Below, piece by piece: positions 42,293 through 53,700 of a stretch of DNA of 64,000 bases. The stretch lies in contig AP039691.1 of the NCBI GenBank assembly GCA_051599415.1, positions 186,001 to 250,000 of the forward strand. The letters are read 5' to 3'. The stretch's first letter is position 1; every line of letters begins with the position of its first letter. A program made the position numbers and the translations under genes. The stretch comes from Savitreella phatthalungensis (lineage: Eukaryota). Below the pieces are notes generated by a model. It ran no database searches, was not told where the DNA came from, and was given only the letters and a program-made list of their open reading frames with translations.

Positions 42293-45016
42293 TCATACCT
42301 GGTAAGTCTGTGCCATGACTTGCCTTGCTGATGGCTCGAGGTTGGCCATGAGCCTTTCCCAGTCTGGGTAGACTGGTTTGAATCCTTGGAGGATTTTGGC
42401 AAACATGTCGTGCAGTTCTGGGGAGGGCTCGCCGTACTTGGCCACTGCCAAGACAAAGTCTGGGAAGAAGGCGGCAAGGGCGTTTGGATTGGCTGCGATG
42501 GTCTGGCAGAGCCCGCGGAATGCAGAATCCTTCTCCCGATTAGGCACAGAGTCCTGTAGCGCATGGCAGAGCTGTCGACCTGCAACATCGAGTCGGCGCG
42601 CCGTCCGCTCTGTCGATGTCAGACCCATCCGACCGAACGTGATCGCAGCGTTCTCCAATAGCGCGCTCTGCACCTTCGGTGTGCGCATCACGGCGACAAG
42701 ACGATCTAGCAGGACTTCTGCCCACGGCTCGATCCCTGCGCCGGCCTGAAGACAGATCTCGCCGGCAGACCAGGTAGCGTTGTTGGCCACAGAGACGGAA
42801 TCCGTCTTAGTGTCAATCTGCTGAACGAGCTCGCTCATGACCTGCGTCAGATACGGTTCGACGTCTTGCCAGCAGTTCATGACAAGATCGCCGAGCAGGG
42901 CGTACGCAGATTGGCGGACTTCTCCAATCGGGTCAGCCATGCAAAGCTGGAGCAGCTGCATGAGCGGTGGCTGCGCTTGCGCAATCAGTGGTCGAATTGA
43001 TGCACCAAGACCTTGCACCATGCCGGACAACAGGTCCACAGCGGTGATCAGGAAGTCCTTCTCTGGCGCGTCTGCCGAAGTGCCGTTGGCGAAAGCATCC
43101 ACTTGAGACAGGTTATGGCGAAGAATAGCGATGCTTCGACCGAAGACGGGTTCTGCGAAGGGCGCGAATCCGCCGCCCAACGCAACCGTCACGCTCGACA
43201 AGCATTCTAGCAGAGGGAAGAGATCCCGGTCATCGTCTGGAATACTTGACCACCTCTGCAACAACGGGGGCATCAGCACATCGATGTACTCTTGCTTGCT
43301 CAGCTCTGGACCGACCGCATCTGCTAGTGTCTGGACAGCATCGTACAAGATAAGCAGATTCTTCTGTTGATACTTATCGAATGCAGCGACGATGTGACGG
43401 AGGATGTGTGGCAGGTACGGCACGAGTAGCTGCTGAGCGCAGTCCTCTAGGTTGGCGAATGCAGAGCAGCCTGCCTCCTGTACCCTCTTATTGTTGTCGA
43501 GCATCGTGCCGAGAAGACCTTCGAGAAGAGGTGGGAAGTGCTCAGTGTTGCAGACCCAGGTTCCGTAACGACCAAGAGTCCAGCAGGTGATCTGTCGGAT
43601 CAGCGGCTTCTGATCCTTGAGAAAGTTGAGCAGCGGTGGGAAGATGTCTGGCAAATAGGTCGACATGCCGTCGAGACATCCTTCTGCTATTGCTCCCAGG
43701 GCCAGGACGCCGGCCTCACGCTCCTTCCAGTCGGCAGATTGCAGAGTAGCCTGGAGATGTGGGAGACACTGCTCCAAGAGCGTCGTGCCGTACACGGTAG
43801 AGAGGACGTCTAGTGCGGCTGCGGAACATTTACGCAGGTTCCATTCGGCATATAGGTCGTCCTCCTCTTCATCGTCATCATAGTCCTCGTCATCATCTTC
43901 GTCATCTGCAGTCGCGTCATCGTAATGCAGGCCGTTGATTTTCCGTGAGGCTTCGTTCGAGGTCTGTTCAGTCACGACATGCTGCTTGGCCTTTGCATGC
44001 TGCGGCCGAATGTCTTCAGCCTTGTCAGCAACGTGAGCATCATCCTCGTCGGCGCCAAGCGCGAGCAGATCCATCTCGCTATAAACCATGCCCTTGAGAA
44101 GCATCGGTACGATCTTTGACAAGTAAGGCTCGAGAGAGCCCTGAAGGTCTGGTTGCTCTGCAATCGCCAGCCAAAATTCACAAGCCTCAAGAGCGACTTG
44201 CTCGTCCTCATCCTGGGTCGAGTAGAGCATATATTCGACAATCGAACCGAGATTCGGAGCAATCTTGTCTGGCCGGACGTCGAGCAGCATGACGAGTGCC
44301 TGGCAGACGTTCTTTCGAACATTTGTCGAGCTGTCTGTAGCTAGCGCGAACAGTCTCGTGAGGAATGCGTCGATGTGGGCAAAGAGAGATTGGCTCTTCA
44401 TGAGAATGAACTGGTTGATGCAGAAGAGAGCCTCTGATCTGAGCTTCTCCTTCGGGCTCTCGGTGAGTGCAAGGAATTTGGGGATCATGAAGTTGAGCGG
44501 CCGTGTGCCATCAAAGTCGTTGTCGAGCTCTTTTGCTGAGTCCTCGCAGATCTTGCTAAGAGCACCGATGGCGCCGTCGACGAGCCTGTCGTCTGCATCG
44601 TCGAGCAGCTGCATGAGATACGGCAGTGCATCCGGCCATGATCTGACGCCACCGCGGTAGATAATCGATGTGATGATGTTACCTGCGATTGAGCGAATCA
44701 GATGTTCATCGTCTCGCAAACCCTGAAAGGAAGCTTCCTGGACATATGCGAGGGAGTCTGGCGAGATGGTTGGATATTCAAACCTGACGTTGTTCTTAAG
44801 CAGGAGTCCGGCAGCTGATCGAATGCTCGTTTCCGTCGCGCCTGGCTGTAGGAAGATGTAGGCTAGATAGTTATTGCAGTCTGGGACAGATGATTTGGCG
44901 ATATCGATCTGTTCTAATGCGGATGTGCGTGCTTGAGCGTCTGCAGACATGGACGCCTGGAGGACTGATCTGAATTGTCCAAGGACATCCTGTTGTGGTT
45001 GCCAGGTGGATGTCAT
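42293..45016 (-). CDS. KAP104: Transportin-1 / importin beta-2
   Basis: AAGLLLKNN, KICEDSA, VALEACEFWLA, acidic H8 loop followed by WNLRKCSAAALD, NKRVQEAGCSAFA, LLENAAITFGR. Confidence 0.95.
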   Translation of the reverse strand: MTSTWQPQQDVLGQFRSVLQASMSADAQARTSALEQIDIAKSSVPDCNNYLAYIFLQPGATETSIRSAAGLLLKNNVRFEYPTISPDSLAYVQEASFQGLRDDEHLIRSIAGNIITSIIYRGGVRSWPDALPYLMQLLDDADDRLVDGAIGALSKICEDSAKELDNDFDGTRPLNFMIPKFLALTESPKEKLRSEALFCINQFILMKSQSLFAHIDAFLTRLFALATDSSTNVRKNVCQALVMLLDVRPDKIAPNLGSIVEYMLYSTQDEDEQVALEACEFWLAIAEQPDLQGSLEPYLSKIVPMLLKGMVYSEMDLLALGADEDDAHVADKAEDIRPQHAKAKQHVVTEQTSNEASRKINGLHYDDATADDEDDDEDYDDDEEEDDLYAEWNLRKCSAAALDVLSTVYGTTLLEQCLPHLQATLQSADWKEREAGVLALGAIAEGCLDGMSTYLPDIFPPLLNFLKDQKPLIRQITCWTLGRYGTWVCNTEHFPPLLEGLLGTMLDNNKRVQEAGCSAFANLEDCAQQLLVPYLPHILRHIVAAFDKYQQKNLLILYDAVQTLADAVGPELSKQEYIDVLMPPLLQRWSSIPDDDRDLFPLLECLSSVTVALGGGFAPFAEPVFGRSIAILRHNLSQVDAFANGTSADAPEKDFLITAVDLLSGMVQGLGASIRPLIAQAQPPLMQLLQLCMADPIGEVRQSAYALLGDLVMNCWQDVEPYLTQVMSELVQQIDTKTDSVSVANNATWSAGEICLQAGAGIEPWAEVLLDRLVAVMRTPKVQSALLENAAITFGRMGLTSTERTARRLDVAGRQLCHALQDSVPNREKDSAFRGLCQTIAANPNALAAFFPDFVLAVAKYGEPSPELHDMFAKILQGFKPVYPDWERLMANLEPSARQVMAQTYQV

Positions 45017-45611
45017 GATGAATAGGAAGAGCGAGCGTGAACAGTGGGAGAAGCTATTGGGATTGTTGTAGCCACTGTCAAGTATAAGTCACAACCGAGA
45101 TTATAGATTGATTGTATCGCGCAAGAGACCTGTGGATACCAGATAAGTATTGCGCTCAACGGCTTTCTGTATCGATCTCTGTATCGAAGTCCAAGTGCCC
45201 TTGTAGATGGAGGAAGACTGGGCTAGCAGAGCATCATCAGGATGCCGTTCTTTTCGTGAACCTGTACTTTGTGCTTCTTCTTGAGCTCTTACCGAGTCAA
45301 GTTGTCCTGTATCTCGTGAAAGATGACAGTATTGATAGAGGATGAGTGCTCTTTGAGATCTGAGAAAGTAATTGAGAGGCTACCAGTGGCTGTCGGGGAA
45401 AGAAGGTCGATGCTGTACAGCTTTTGTTACAGAAATTTCTGTGGATCGGTTTGGTGTGGTTGTACTGTATTACTGGCTGCGTGGGTGCTGTAGTGCTGTA
45501 GTGGCTGTTAGTTGTGCCGGTGCAGATGCATGCTCAAGTGGTAATTTACTAATAGCGCGCTCGTGCAAATGATGGATGAATCCATCGATCGTTCGTTCGT
45601 TGTTCAGACTC

Positions 45612-45643
45612 TCACTCATTCACTCACTCACTCACTCACTCAC
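45612..45643. repeat. (TCAC)n tetranucleotide microsatellite
   Basis: tcactcattcactcactcactcactcactcac. Confidence 0.8.
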
Positions 45644-46895
45644 CCACCAGATTCTTGAGCTCTCTCTCTTCCTCTCTCTCAAGATTATCTATCAAAAGGC
45701 ATTTTCTTTTGAGTCGATGAATGCAGCTAAATTTATGCCTTAGATCTGCAATACTGTGCTCGGAAATAAGTCGATTCAAATATTTCACCTTATCAATACA
45801 GTGGGTCCATTAATCATTACAACTATTGAGGGATCAGAAATTGGTTCTGAGTATTTAGGACAATTAATGATAAGACTGACCCAGAGTTGAGCCGAATCAC
45901 TAAAATCCAAGAATTCTGTGCCAGCTTTTTATGTCGTATGATCAGAGCATGGAAGTAAAACAATTTTAGATGTGATTTTTGCATTTAGAATTTCAGCATG
46001 CCGTGGCCAAAGTTGAGAGGCCGATGGAGCATGCAGTCACACATGCGGTTCCAGCTGTGCATATTCATCAATAGCCCACAGAGTCTAAAATACTCCGAAC
46101 GGAGTATTACCCAAACTGTAAGAATATTCGCCACTCTGAGCAAGTCAGTGTCAAGCCAGGCAGGTATTGACCGAGTGATTATGTCGAAGCTTGATCACGA
46201 TTCCACTACATCCCGTCTCGCTAATGAAACACTGAGACGTTGAGAGAAACTTGTCCATGCTTGTCTTGTCTATGCTCAGTTTTTGGAGCTTTCACTCTCT
46301 CACCAGGTTGTCGAAGGTTTACAACCGTGACCTCAAAAGGTCGATAGTAGGGGCAGATTGTCGAAGATAGTGCTGCTACTTCTTACAGATTGACAATTGT
46401 TTGAGAATCGCTTTGCCTGACATCAGTTCATTTAGTGAGGATCGTATTCCTGGCTGGTTTGGAGCATCCAATTGACTCTAGCAAACAGATTGATGAGTTG
46501 ATTGACTATTGAAGCCTTGCCTCGGATGTTTACTTGTTTGCTCCCAGACTTATACACGGAGGGCATTCCTTTGCTAGCTGTTGCGCCCCATACGTGGCAA
46601 GCTACATATGTTCCTCCGTGACTCACGTTCACAACAGCAATGTTGATATTAATCGAGATGCCATGGATGATGTCTAAACTCTATATTCGAATCACATCCG
46701 CGCAGGTAGATTCCTGATCATTCTATGGTAGATGCTCCACCAAAGTCGGTGCTCTCCAGTTTTGCAAGAAATCCAATCTCATGCGTGAATCACTTGATCA
46801 ACCACAAACGCTGTCGCTATAAAAACTACTCAACTACCGGCAAGCAACTGTCCGCTTTGTCAAAGGTGGGGAATGATACCCTGCTTCCCTCGACT

Positions 46896-47639
46896 TCAGT
46901 CTCGCATCTCGTGCTGTGCATCGTCCATCAGCGACTCCTGCGAGCACAGCCACGGTGGGTTGGTGAATTCCCAGTTGGGGTCTGTGAGCTGGTCGGGAAT
47001 GAAAACGTCGAGTGGCAGTGATTGTGTTGGTCTCAGTGAGGGTCTTGATCTCGGTGAGATAAATCTGCCTGCTGTGACCTCTCGCAAACCAGTCTCACGA
47101 TCTCGGTCGTCCTCGTCTTCATCCACCACCGTCGCCGTCTCGTCGTCGTACGTCGTGTGCGACCGCTTCAACCCAGCCTGTCCGACCGTCGGCACCACAA
47201 TTTTGTCACGCGCGAGCTCAAAAGCCTGCTGCGCCTGACGTGCCTCGAAATCAGCCTGCCCTTTAAGTCGGAATGCCTCGAACGGATCTCGCTGCTTCGT
47301 CTCGGCGTATGGAGTCATGCGCGACGACGACAGGTTCGAGACTGCGATCGGCTTGCTGAATGCTGCTGTTGTGTTCTTGAATGCAGAGTCACTGGCAGCT
47401 GAGGGAGAAAACATGTCAGTATGATCTGCAAGGATGAAAGTCTTGCGGATGTTATACCTTTGCGCACACGCATGCCGACCGTCAAGAGTGAGGATTGAAC
47501 ATCACGCGGAACGGAAGGTCGAGTGATGTGTCGGTGCTGCTCGCATCGATGTGCGCCGCCCGCCTCTACGACCTGTTAGTAGGGTATTCATGAGAGGAGA
47601 AGAGGGAGGCATACGATGACGCTTGGCTGGCACGCTCAT
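46896..47639 (-). CDS. spd1: Spd1/Dif1-family ribonucleotide-reductase inhibitor (3 exons: 47639-47615, 47565-47458, 47398-46896; 211 aa)
   Basis: Exon 2 encodes VQSSLLTVGMRVRK (Spd1 Hug-type motif) and the C-terminus has WEFTNPPWL. Introns GTATGC..TACTAAC..TAG and GTATAA..ACTGAC..CAG join the exons in frame. Confidence 0.8.
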
Positions 47640-48840
47640 CTTCAGACGGCCGCCGTATACAAATTATCGATGCGCTTCTTCTTGTCGCGCGATATGACGT
47701 TCTCCAGCCAGTCACTGATAAGCTCGACTGCTCTGCGCTCTTCGAGTATTGACACAGAGGAGAGTCACGATGATCTGCCTTGTTCGTTTCCCTCGACTAG
47801 TCTGTTGCGTATAGTCCGTTGCCCGTTGCACTTTTCGATGGCCGTACTGTTTCCTTAATCCGATGTGATGGAGCCAGAAACGGTGGAAACGGCGATGGAG
47901 CTGATAAAACGCATCAGGTGAGAAATTGGAAATTTGATCAAATTGTTTCCTGGATGATTTGACCTTGTTGAAGTTTGGGAAGATCAGCGTTGCTTGTTTC
48001 AAAGAGAGGCTGGCGTGCAATTCGCGTTTCACTGTTGCATGTTGTGTGGATAGATTGCTCAAGATGAACGATCCGGTCGACTGCTACTGCGCAGTAGAGA
48101 TCCCGGACGTTCGACACTTGTGAATTCTTGCAGATGTGATATATGCTGATCCCGAACTCTCACGTGCTTGATCTTTGAAAGCTTCGAGTCAATGCATGCT
48201 CAATCAGAATCATTTTGCAAGACGACTTACAAGGCACCTCAGCTACTTATATGGTCCCGAAAGGTCAGCGTCTAGTTAGTTCAGTCCGTTACGTTTGCTC
48301 ATGAACAGGTCTGATGCTATGAAACCGCCTTCGCTCGACTGATGAAGGCGATTTCTAATGCTCCATCAGCCTGGCGTCGTTGAGCAGACTAGGTCATCAC
48401 CTCAGTTGCATCGCGTTCAACCATACGTAGCATTCTTTCAGTTGGAAGACGAGCTTGGTTTGGATCCCTTGAACCAAAGCTTTGTTGTAGTGCTTGCGCA
48501 GTTCCGCTGTCAAATTGGAGGCCTGAAGCTCTTTCACCTCGAAAGATTCACCTGTGCTCGGGGCCTCTGCCGAATCAGGAACGAGAGGGAAGCAGCCCTG
48601 GTCCGGCTTATCTAGCCTCGCTCTTTCCGAGAGCTGGGCGATAAGCCTTGTGACCTACAATGCCACGTGTGACGTACTCGACCTCAATTGCTGCTAGCAC
48701 TAGCAGAGTTACGTCCCTGTGGCCACAATCAATACAAATTGCATTCGACGACCTCGATACATAGATTCTACGTACGTAGATATTCTGGTTGAGTCGTCGT
48801 GACCGGCGCGAGGGTCTTGATCGATATATTGTTCCCAAAA

Positions 48841-50049
48841 CTACGTCTGCCGCTTACGTGGTGCACCAGGAGAGTCAGCCTTTCTGGCAGTCAGAATCTC
48901 GCAGCCGTCTTTTGTGACGAGGATGGTGTGCTCGAATTGTGCAGAACGCTTGCCATCGACTGTGGACGCCGTCCAGTTGTCCGGCCAACTGATATCGCGG
49001 TGACTGCCAAGATTGATCATTGGCTCGATCGTGAAGCACATACCCTCTGTGCACATTCCAGGTGCTTTGTTCTTGCCGTAGTGGGGGATATTTGGGGAGC
49101 AGTGGAACAGCTGGTTGATGCCGTGACCGCAGTACGTCGTCACTACAGAACACGAATTCTTCGTCGCATGCTCCTCGATCACCTTGCCGAACGACCTGAA
49201 AGGCACACCGGGCTTGACACTCGCAAGTGCTAGGTCCAAGCACTCTCTAGCCGTCTCAACCACTCTCACAGAATCGCCATCGATCTTCTGACCAACGTAG
49301 TACGTTTCGTTCAGGTCACCATGGAACCCGTTGTGGTAGAGCGTGACGTCCAGGTTGACAATATCTCCCTCGGCCAGCTTCCGCGCATCGGGAATGCCGT
49401 GGCAGATGATCTCGTTTACCGAGGTACATACCGATTTCGGGAAGCGGTAGTAGTTCAGCGGTGATGGGTAGCTGTCACGCTTGACACACTCGTCGTGCAC
49501 GATCTGGTCAATCTCATCCGTGGTGATGCCAGGTCGTAGAGCAGCGGCGGCGATATCAAGCACCTCACGCGCCAGTCTACACACTTTCCTCATTCCTTCC
49601 CGCTCCTCTGCATTCAGGATCTTGACACCCTTGATCCGAGCACGCTCCTCCGAGAGCGATCGTCCCTCTGGATGATCGGCGTAGTCAGGCCGGCTGACAC
49701 CTGCAGGTACCTCACGCTTCGCGCTCAACGGGTAACAAGCTCTTAAAGGTCCTGGGTAACTGAACGTCTTCGCGAACGGGTCATGCTGATGTGTTTTTTT
49801 GTGCGTAGGCTCTTGTGGTCAGCTTCAGAAACATGATGGCAGGTATGGGATCGTGTTTGCTTACGAAGTTGCGTTTGAAACAGTCTGTTCCGCAAAAGCG
49901 AACTGTACGACCTTCTTTGAGGCATATAGGACAAGCCTGAGGATGGAGTCAGCCCGATGCTGCCTGGATAATAATGCCATGCCGATTGTATAGCTTACCA
50001 TTGATGAAGCCTCTGTCACACATCCTGCCGAAGCACATGTGAGCGCCAT
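48841..50049 (-). CDS. MAP1: Methionine aminopeptidase 1 (3 exons: 50049-49999, 49936-49865, 49809-48841; 363 aa)
   Basis: Spliced N-terminal zinc finger (C..C..CPIC..FC...CFKRNFPTHKKTH). Catalytic motifs [42 protein letters not shown]. Confidence 0.95.
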
Positions 50050-50729
50050 GCTTAAGAGCTATGATGATAGACTGGGCCCCTAGATGCCCGCGGTTCTATC
50101 TTTGCGTCACAACAGCTACACTTTTGCTGAGATGTAAACGATGATGATACTGATATGAGTCGAAGCTGAATCGCCAGAAGGTAAAAGAGAACGGTTCCTG
50201 ATGCCTCAGTGGATGTTGTCGTGACTATACTGCAAGCAGACTGCTTAATGAAGAGTTTTTGTCACATGTATGCATCCATCCAGTTACCCGTCATGTGCAA
50301 TACGTCTGATAAGTACACCCCATTAGAAGCTGAGGAACCGGTATGAATAACATTGTCCGAAGGTCTCGATATCGATACGGAAGACATACTGTAGTCAACT
50401 CAAGCGGATGAATGATATCATCACCCGCATTCATTCAATCAATCCACTTTCCACAGACTGCACGGATACTGGGTACGTGTTGTGAGCTGCTGTAGCCCTA
50501 CTCACGTATCTTCATACGTTTGAACATGTGTATGAGCATATGTATGAAAGTGACCCGGCTTTCTGGATCTTTATCCGCGGGTTGGAAGACTAAGTTCATG
50601 CGCTCTGCAAGGCGTGACGTTAAACACTAGCGCGAAGTCGTCGACGACAGGGAAAACGGCCGACGTATTGTTGTTCATCGAACATAGATATGGCCGCCTA
50701 GTCTGTAGCCGCACTCTGGCCGCTGAAAG

Positions 50730-53700
50730 ATGTATTCTCCGTCGCGCCTGGTGGCGGTCGCCGCAACAGCGCTGATAGCCGTTCATGCAATCCTCTATCT
50801 CATTTGCGTCCTCACAGGCATTCGCGTCGGCAGATTAGGCTTTCTGTCTCTTCGCCATGTCGAGATCAAGTCTCAGCCTGGCGTCGTGGTGCGAATTGGT
50901 ACAGTTGGCTTTCGATTGCACCGCCCAACGATATCTCAACCATCATGGGTCACTCTCGTCGTGTCCAAGACGGAAGTCTCGGTAGCGCTGGATGAGCTTC
51001 AGCAACGCAACCGTCCATCAAAAGCCGGAAGGCCTGAGACGTCGTACGACACGGCGCCATATGGTCAAAAGATCGCGAATCTCAAGGCAAAAATGAAGAA
51101 GCTGGTCGGACATATGTCGCACCTGCCGTTGCATCTTGTGGACATCTCGATCTCAAATACGGTGCTTGTGCTGCGAAATGTTGCAAAGGTCGAGTTAGGC
51201 ACCTTGAATCTCCGGCTGTCTCAACGTCGCGCTGGTGCCACCGAGACATATGACACAGGTAGCAAGATCATCGACAATTCACGAGGCATTGAGCTCGTGG
51301 CTGCATTCTTGAAGCTATTTATAAGTGTCGATGGCGGAGAGCGACATGAGATCACAGATCTTACGCTCGTCAACCTATGGGCGGCATATGGTGGAGAGTT
51401 CGGCGTACACGACGTTGGCGTATCTGTCAAGATGAGCAAAGTCGACTTGCCTCTCGACTCTGTCCTAGAAGTGCTGCCCAGACTCAAGCAGACACGATTA
51501 GAGTTGCAGTCAGCAGATGATGCGGAACCCAAACATGCAGCACGAGACAGCAGCGAAGAAGCCGCAATTTTACGGAGAGAGATGCTAATCCTCCTCATGG
51601 ATCTGGTGCGTGATGTCCAACTTCACCTTGGCTTCCTTAAGGTAGCCTATGAGACCACAGCCGTCGCTCCCGGTGGCAAAGCGGCGAGGTTGACATTCCG
51701 TTCAAAGGATATCGTGCTCGATCTCAACCGTTTAGCTAAGGATTCTCCAGACTTCAGGATGCTTTTCGACGGCGGACTCCGCCATGATGCCCATCAAGCC
51801 ATCATCACTGCGATATCGTCTACAATACACCTGCAGAGCGATGCTGTCGAGCAGCAGATCGTTGGTGTCCCGATGTTGACTGTCGCATCCAAGTTCAGCA
51901 CAGCAGCTTGGTTGACCCGTGACAGGAGTATCGACCTCGATCCGAATGCGCATTTAGTCCAGTTGGACACAGTCATCACCTCGCCGGCTGTCGATGTCTA
52001 CGTCACTCAGCTACCGGTGCTGTTCGGATTCCTTCGTCTCCGTAAGATGTACACCTCGTCTGCAAACAGTCTAGACGACGATGAGCTCAAGGAATCTCGG
52101 AGAAATCGGCTGCGAAGATCTATTCCCAAGCTGAATGTCTCTTTCGGAATTCACGAGCCGAGCGTACGCATCATTCTGCCAATAGCAGAACCTGGTGCTT
52201 CCTCAGCCATGATTGTCGGCCGCCAGGCTTCAATTTACCTCGACGTCTGCGGTTATTTCCCCAATCCATCGAATTACGCTGTAACAGCGACTTTACGACT
52301 CGCCGCAGGTGGTTTGTACTTCCAGTCGCCGACTGACCAACGCCACGATATCGTTTATTCAGACGGTGCGATCATCAAATTTGACATGTCAACCGACCCC
52401 ATCAAGAAGGTCAACGTCAGCTTCGTGTCTGAAAGCAGTAAAGTACGCATTACTCAGCAGGAGGTCATCTCATGCTGCAGAGCGATTTCCGCTGCACTTG
52501 TCGCTGCTAGATTCAAGCCAGATAAATTGTCAGAACCGTTATCAACTCCGCCACGCAATCAGACTCCAAAAGCGCTACTACCCGGCTGGCTCAACTCTGT
52601 TTCTCTTGTATGTCGACAGACAACGATGGAAGTCTGCGGCAAGGATAAGCAGGTCGCCGAAGATGCGCGCGGTATTCGGTTCGAGCTTGGTTCGATCCAC
52701 CTGCAGCTGAATCGAGAGAATACATGGCTGGTCTTGAACCGCATCTCGGACCTCCGTCTGTATCCGATTGAATCCGATGATTCAGTCAATACGAAGCACC
52801 ATATAGCACATCTGCCGCACTGGCAGCTTGAAGCAAGACTCGTCGAGCAGCATCCTGCTCAGCTTGCATTGACACAAATCGTGGCAAAAATGGATGAGTT
52901 TCACCTCGGCTTCTCCCTGTTCTGGCTCTACACCGGTCTACAAGCGGCACAGGTCGTCAGATCTTGCTTTCTTCCTCACAATAAGAAGCAGGAGGAGGCA
53001 GACGTGACAGAGCAGACTCCCAAGTCAAAAGATCCTCGCTTCGTGCTCTCAACGTGCCGGGTTGACCTCAGCTGCCGCTTGATTCGTCTCCAGGCGTTCC
53101 TACCGCAGGAACAGCACCTCATGCTGGATTTCGACCACCTTCACATCTACAAACACGCTCAAGAGCCTGTTGCAAAGATCAATTTTGTGCGATTATACAC
53201 CCGATCGCCTGTGAAGCGTGGCTCTTGGGATCGTCTGCTCAGCATCCGCGATGCTCATATCACACGCGAAGGGGCCACATCGAAAGCGGGTGGTCAGACG
53301 CACCATGTCCGATCGATCAACATCCGCACAGACGGCCTCAGAATTCGTCTGCCACACAAGTTCGTCTTCTATGAGACGCTCGAGGCGCTTCTGAACACAA
53401 TCAAAGCAACTACACAAGTTGTTCACCGCTGGAAGACAAATCAGAACAGCTATGTGATCGCCCAAGAGCCAAAAAAGCCAAAGAAGCTACCACGTATTCG
53501 TGTGCGCTCGAGGATCGTCCTAGTCGGTGCTGAAGATGACCCTTTCGAGGCTCGGCTTGGCCTCATTTACCGCACTGGTATGCAGGAACAGAAGATGCGA
53601 GAAGCGCGCGACCTGGCATTCGAGAATCGTCTTGCAGAACTCAAATTACAGAAGCACCGCGCCCACGAAGATTTCTCAAATGAATTGCAAGCCATGCGCG

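Noticed and set aside
45600..46750. Relatively AT-rich intergenic block as a possible transposon relic or gene
   Set aside because: No terminal repeats, transposase or reverse-transcriptase motifs, or credible ORF are visible.
50061..50201. Two ATGATGA...CTGA (box C / box D-like) pairs at 50061-50130 and 50141-50201
   Set aside because: There are no terminal stems and no rRNA-complementary guide that I can recognise, and the pairs lie antisense to the presumed MAP1 5'UTR/promoter. A snoRNA covariance search would be needed.
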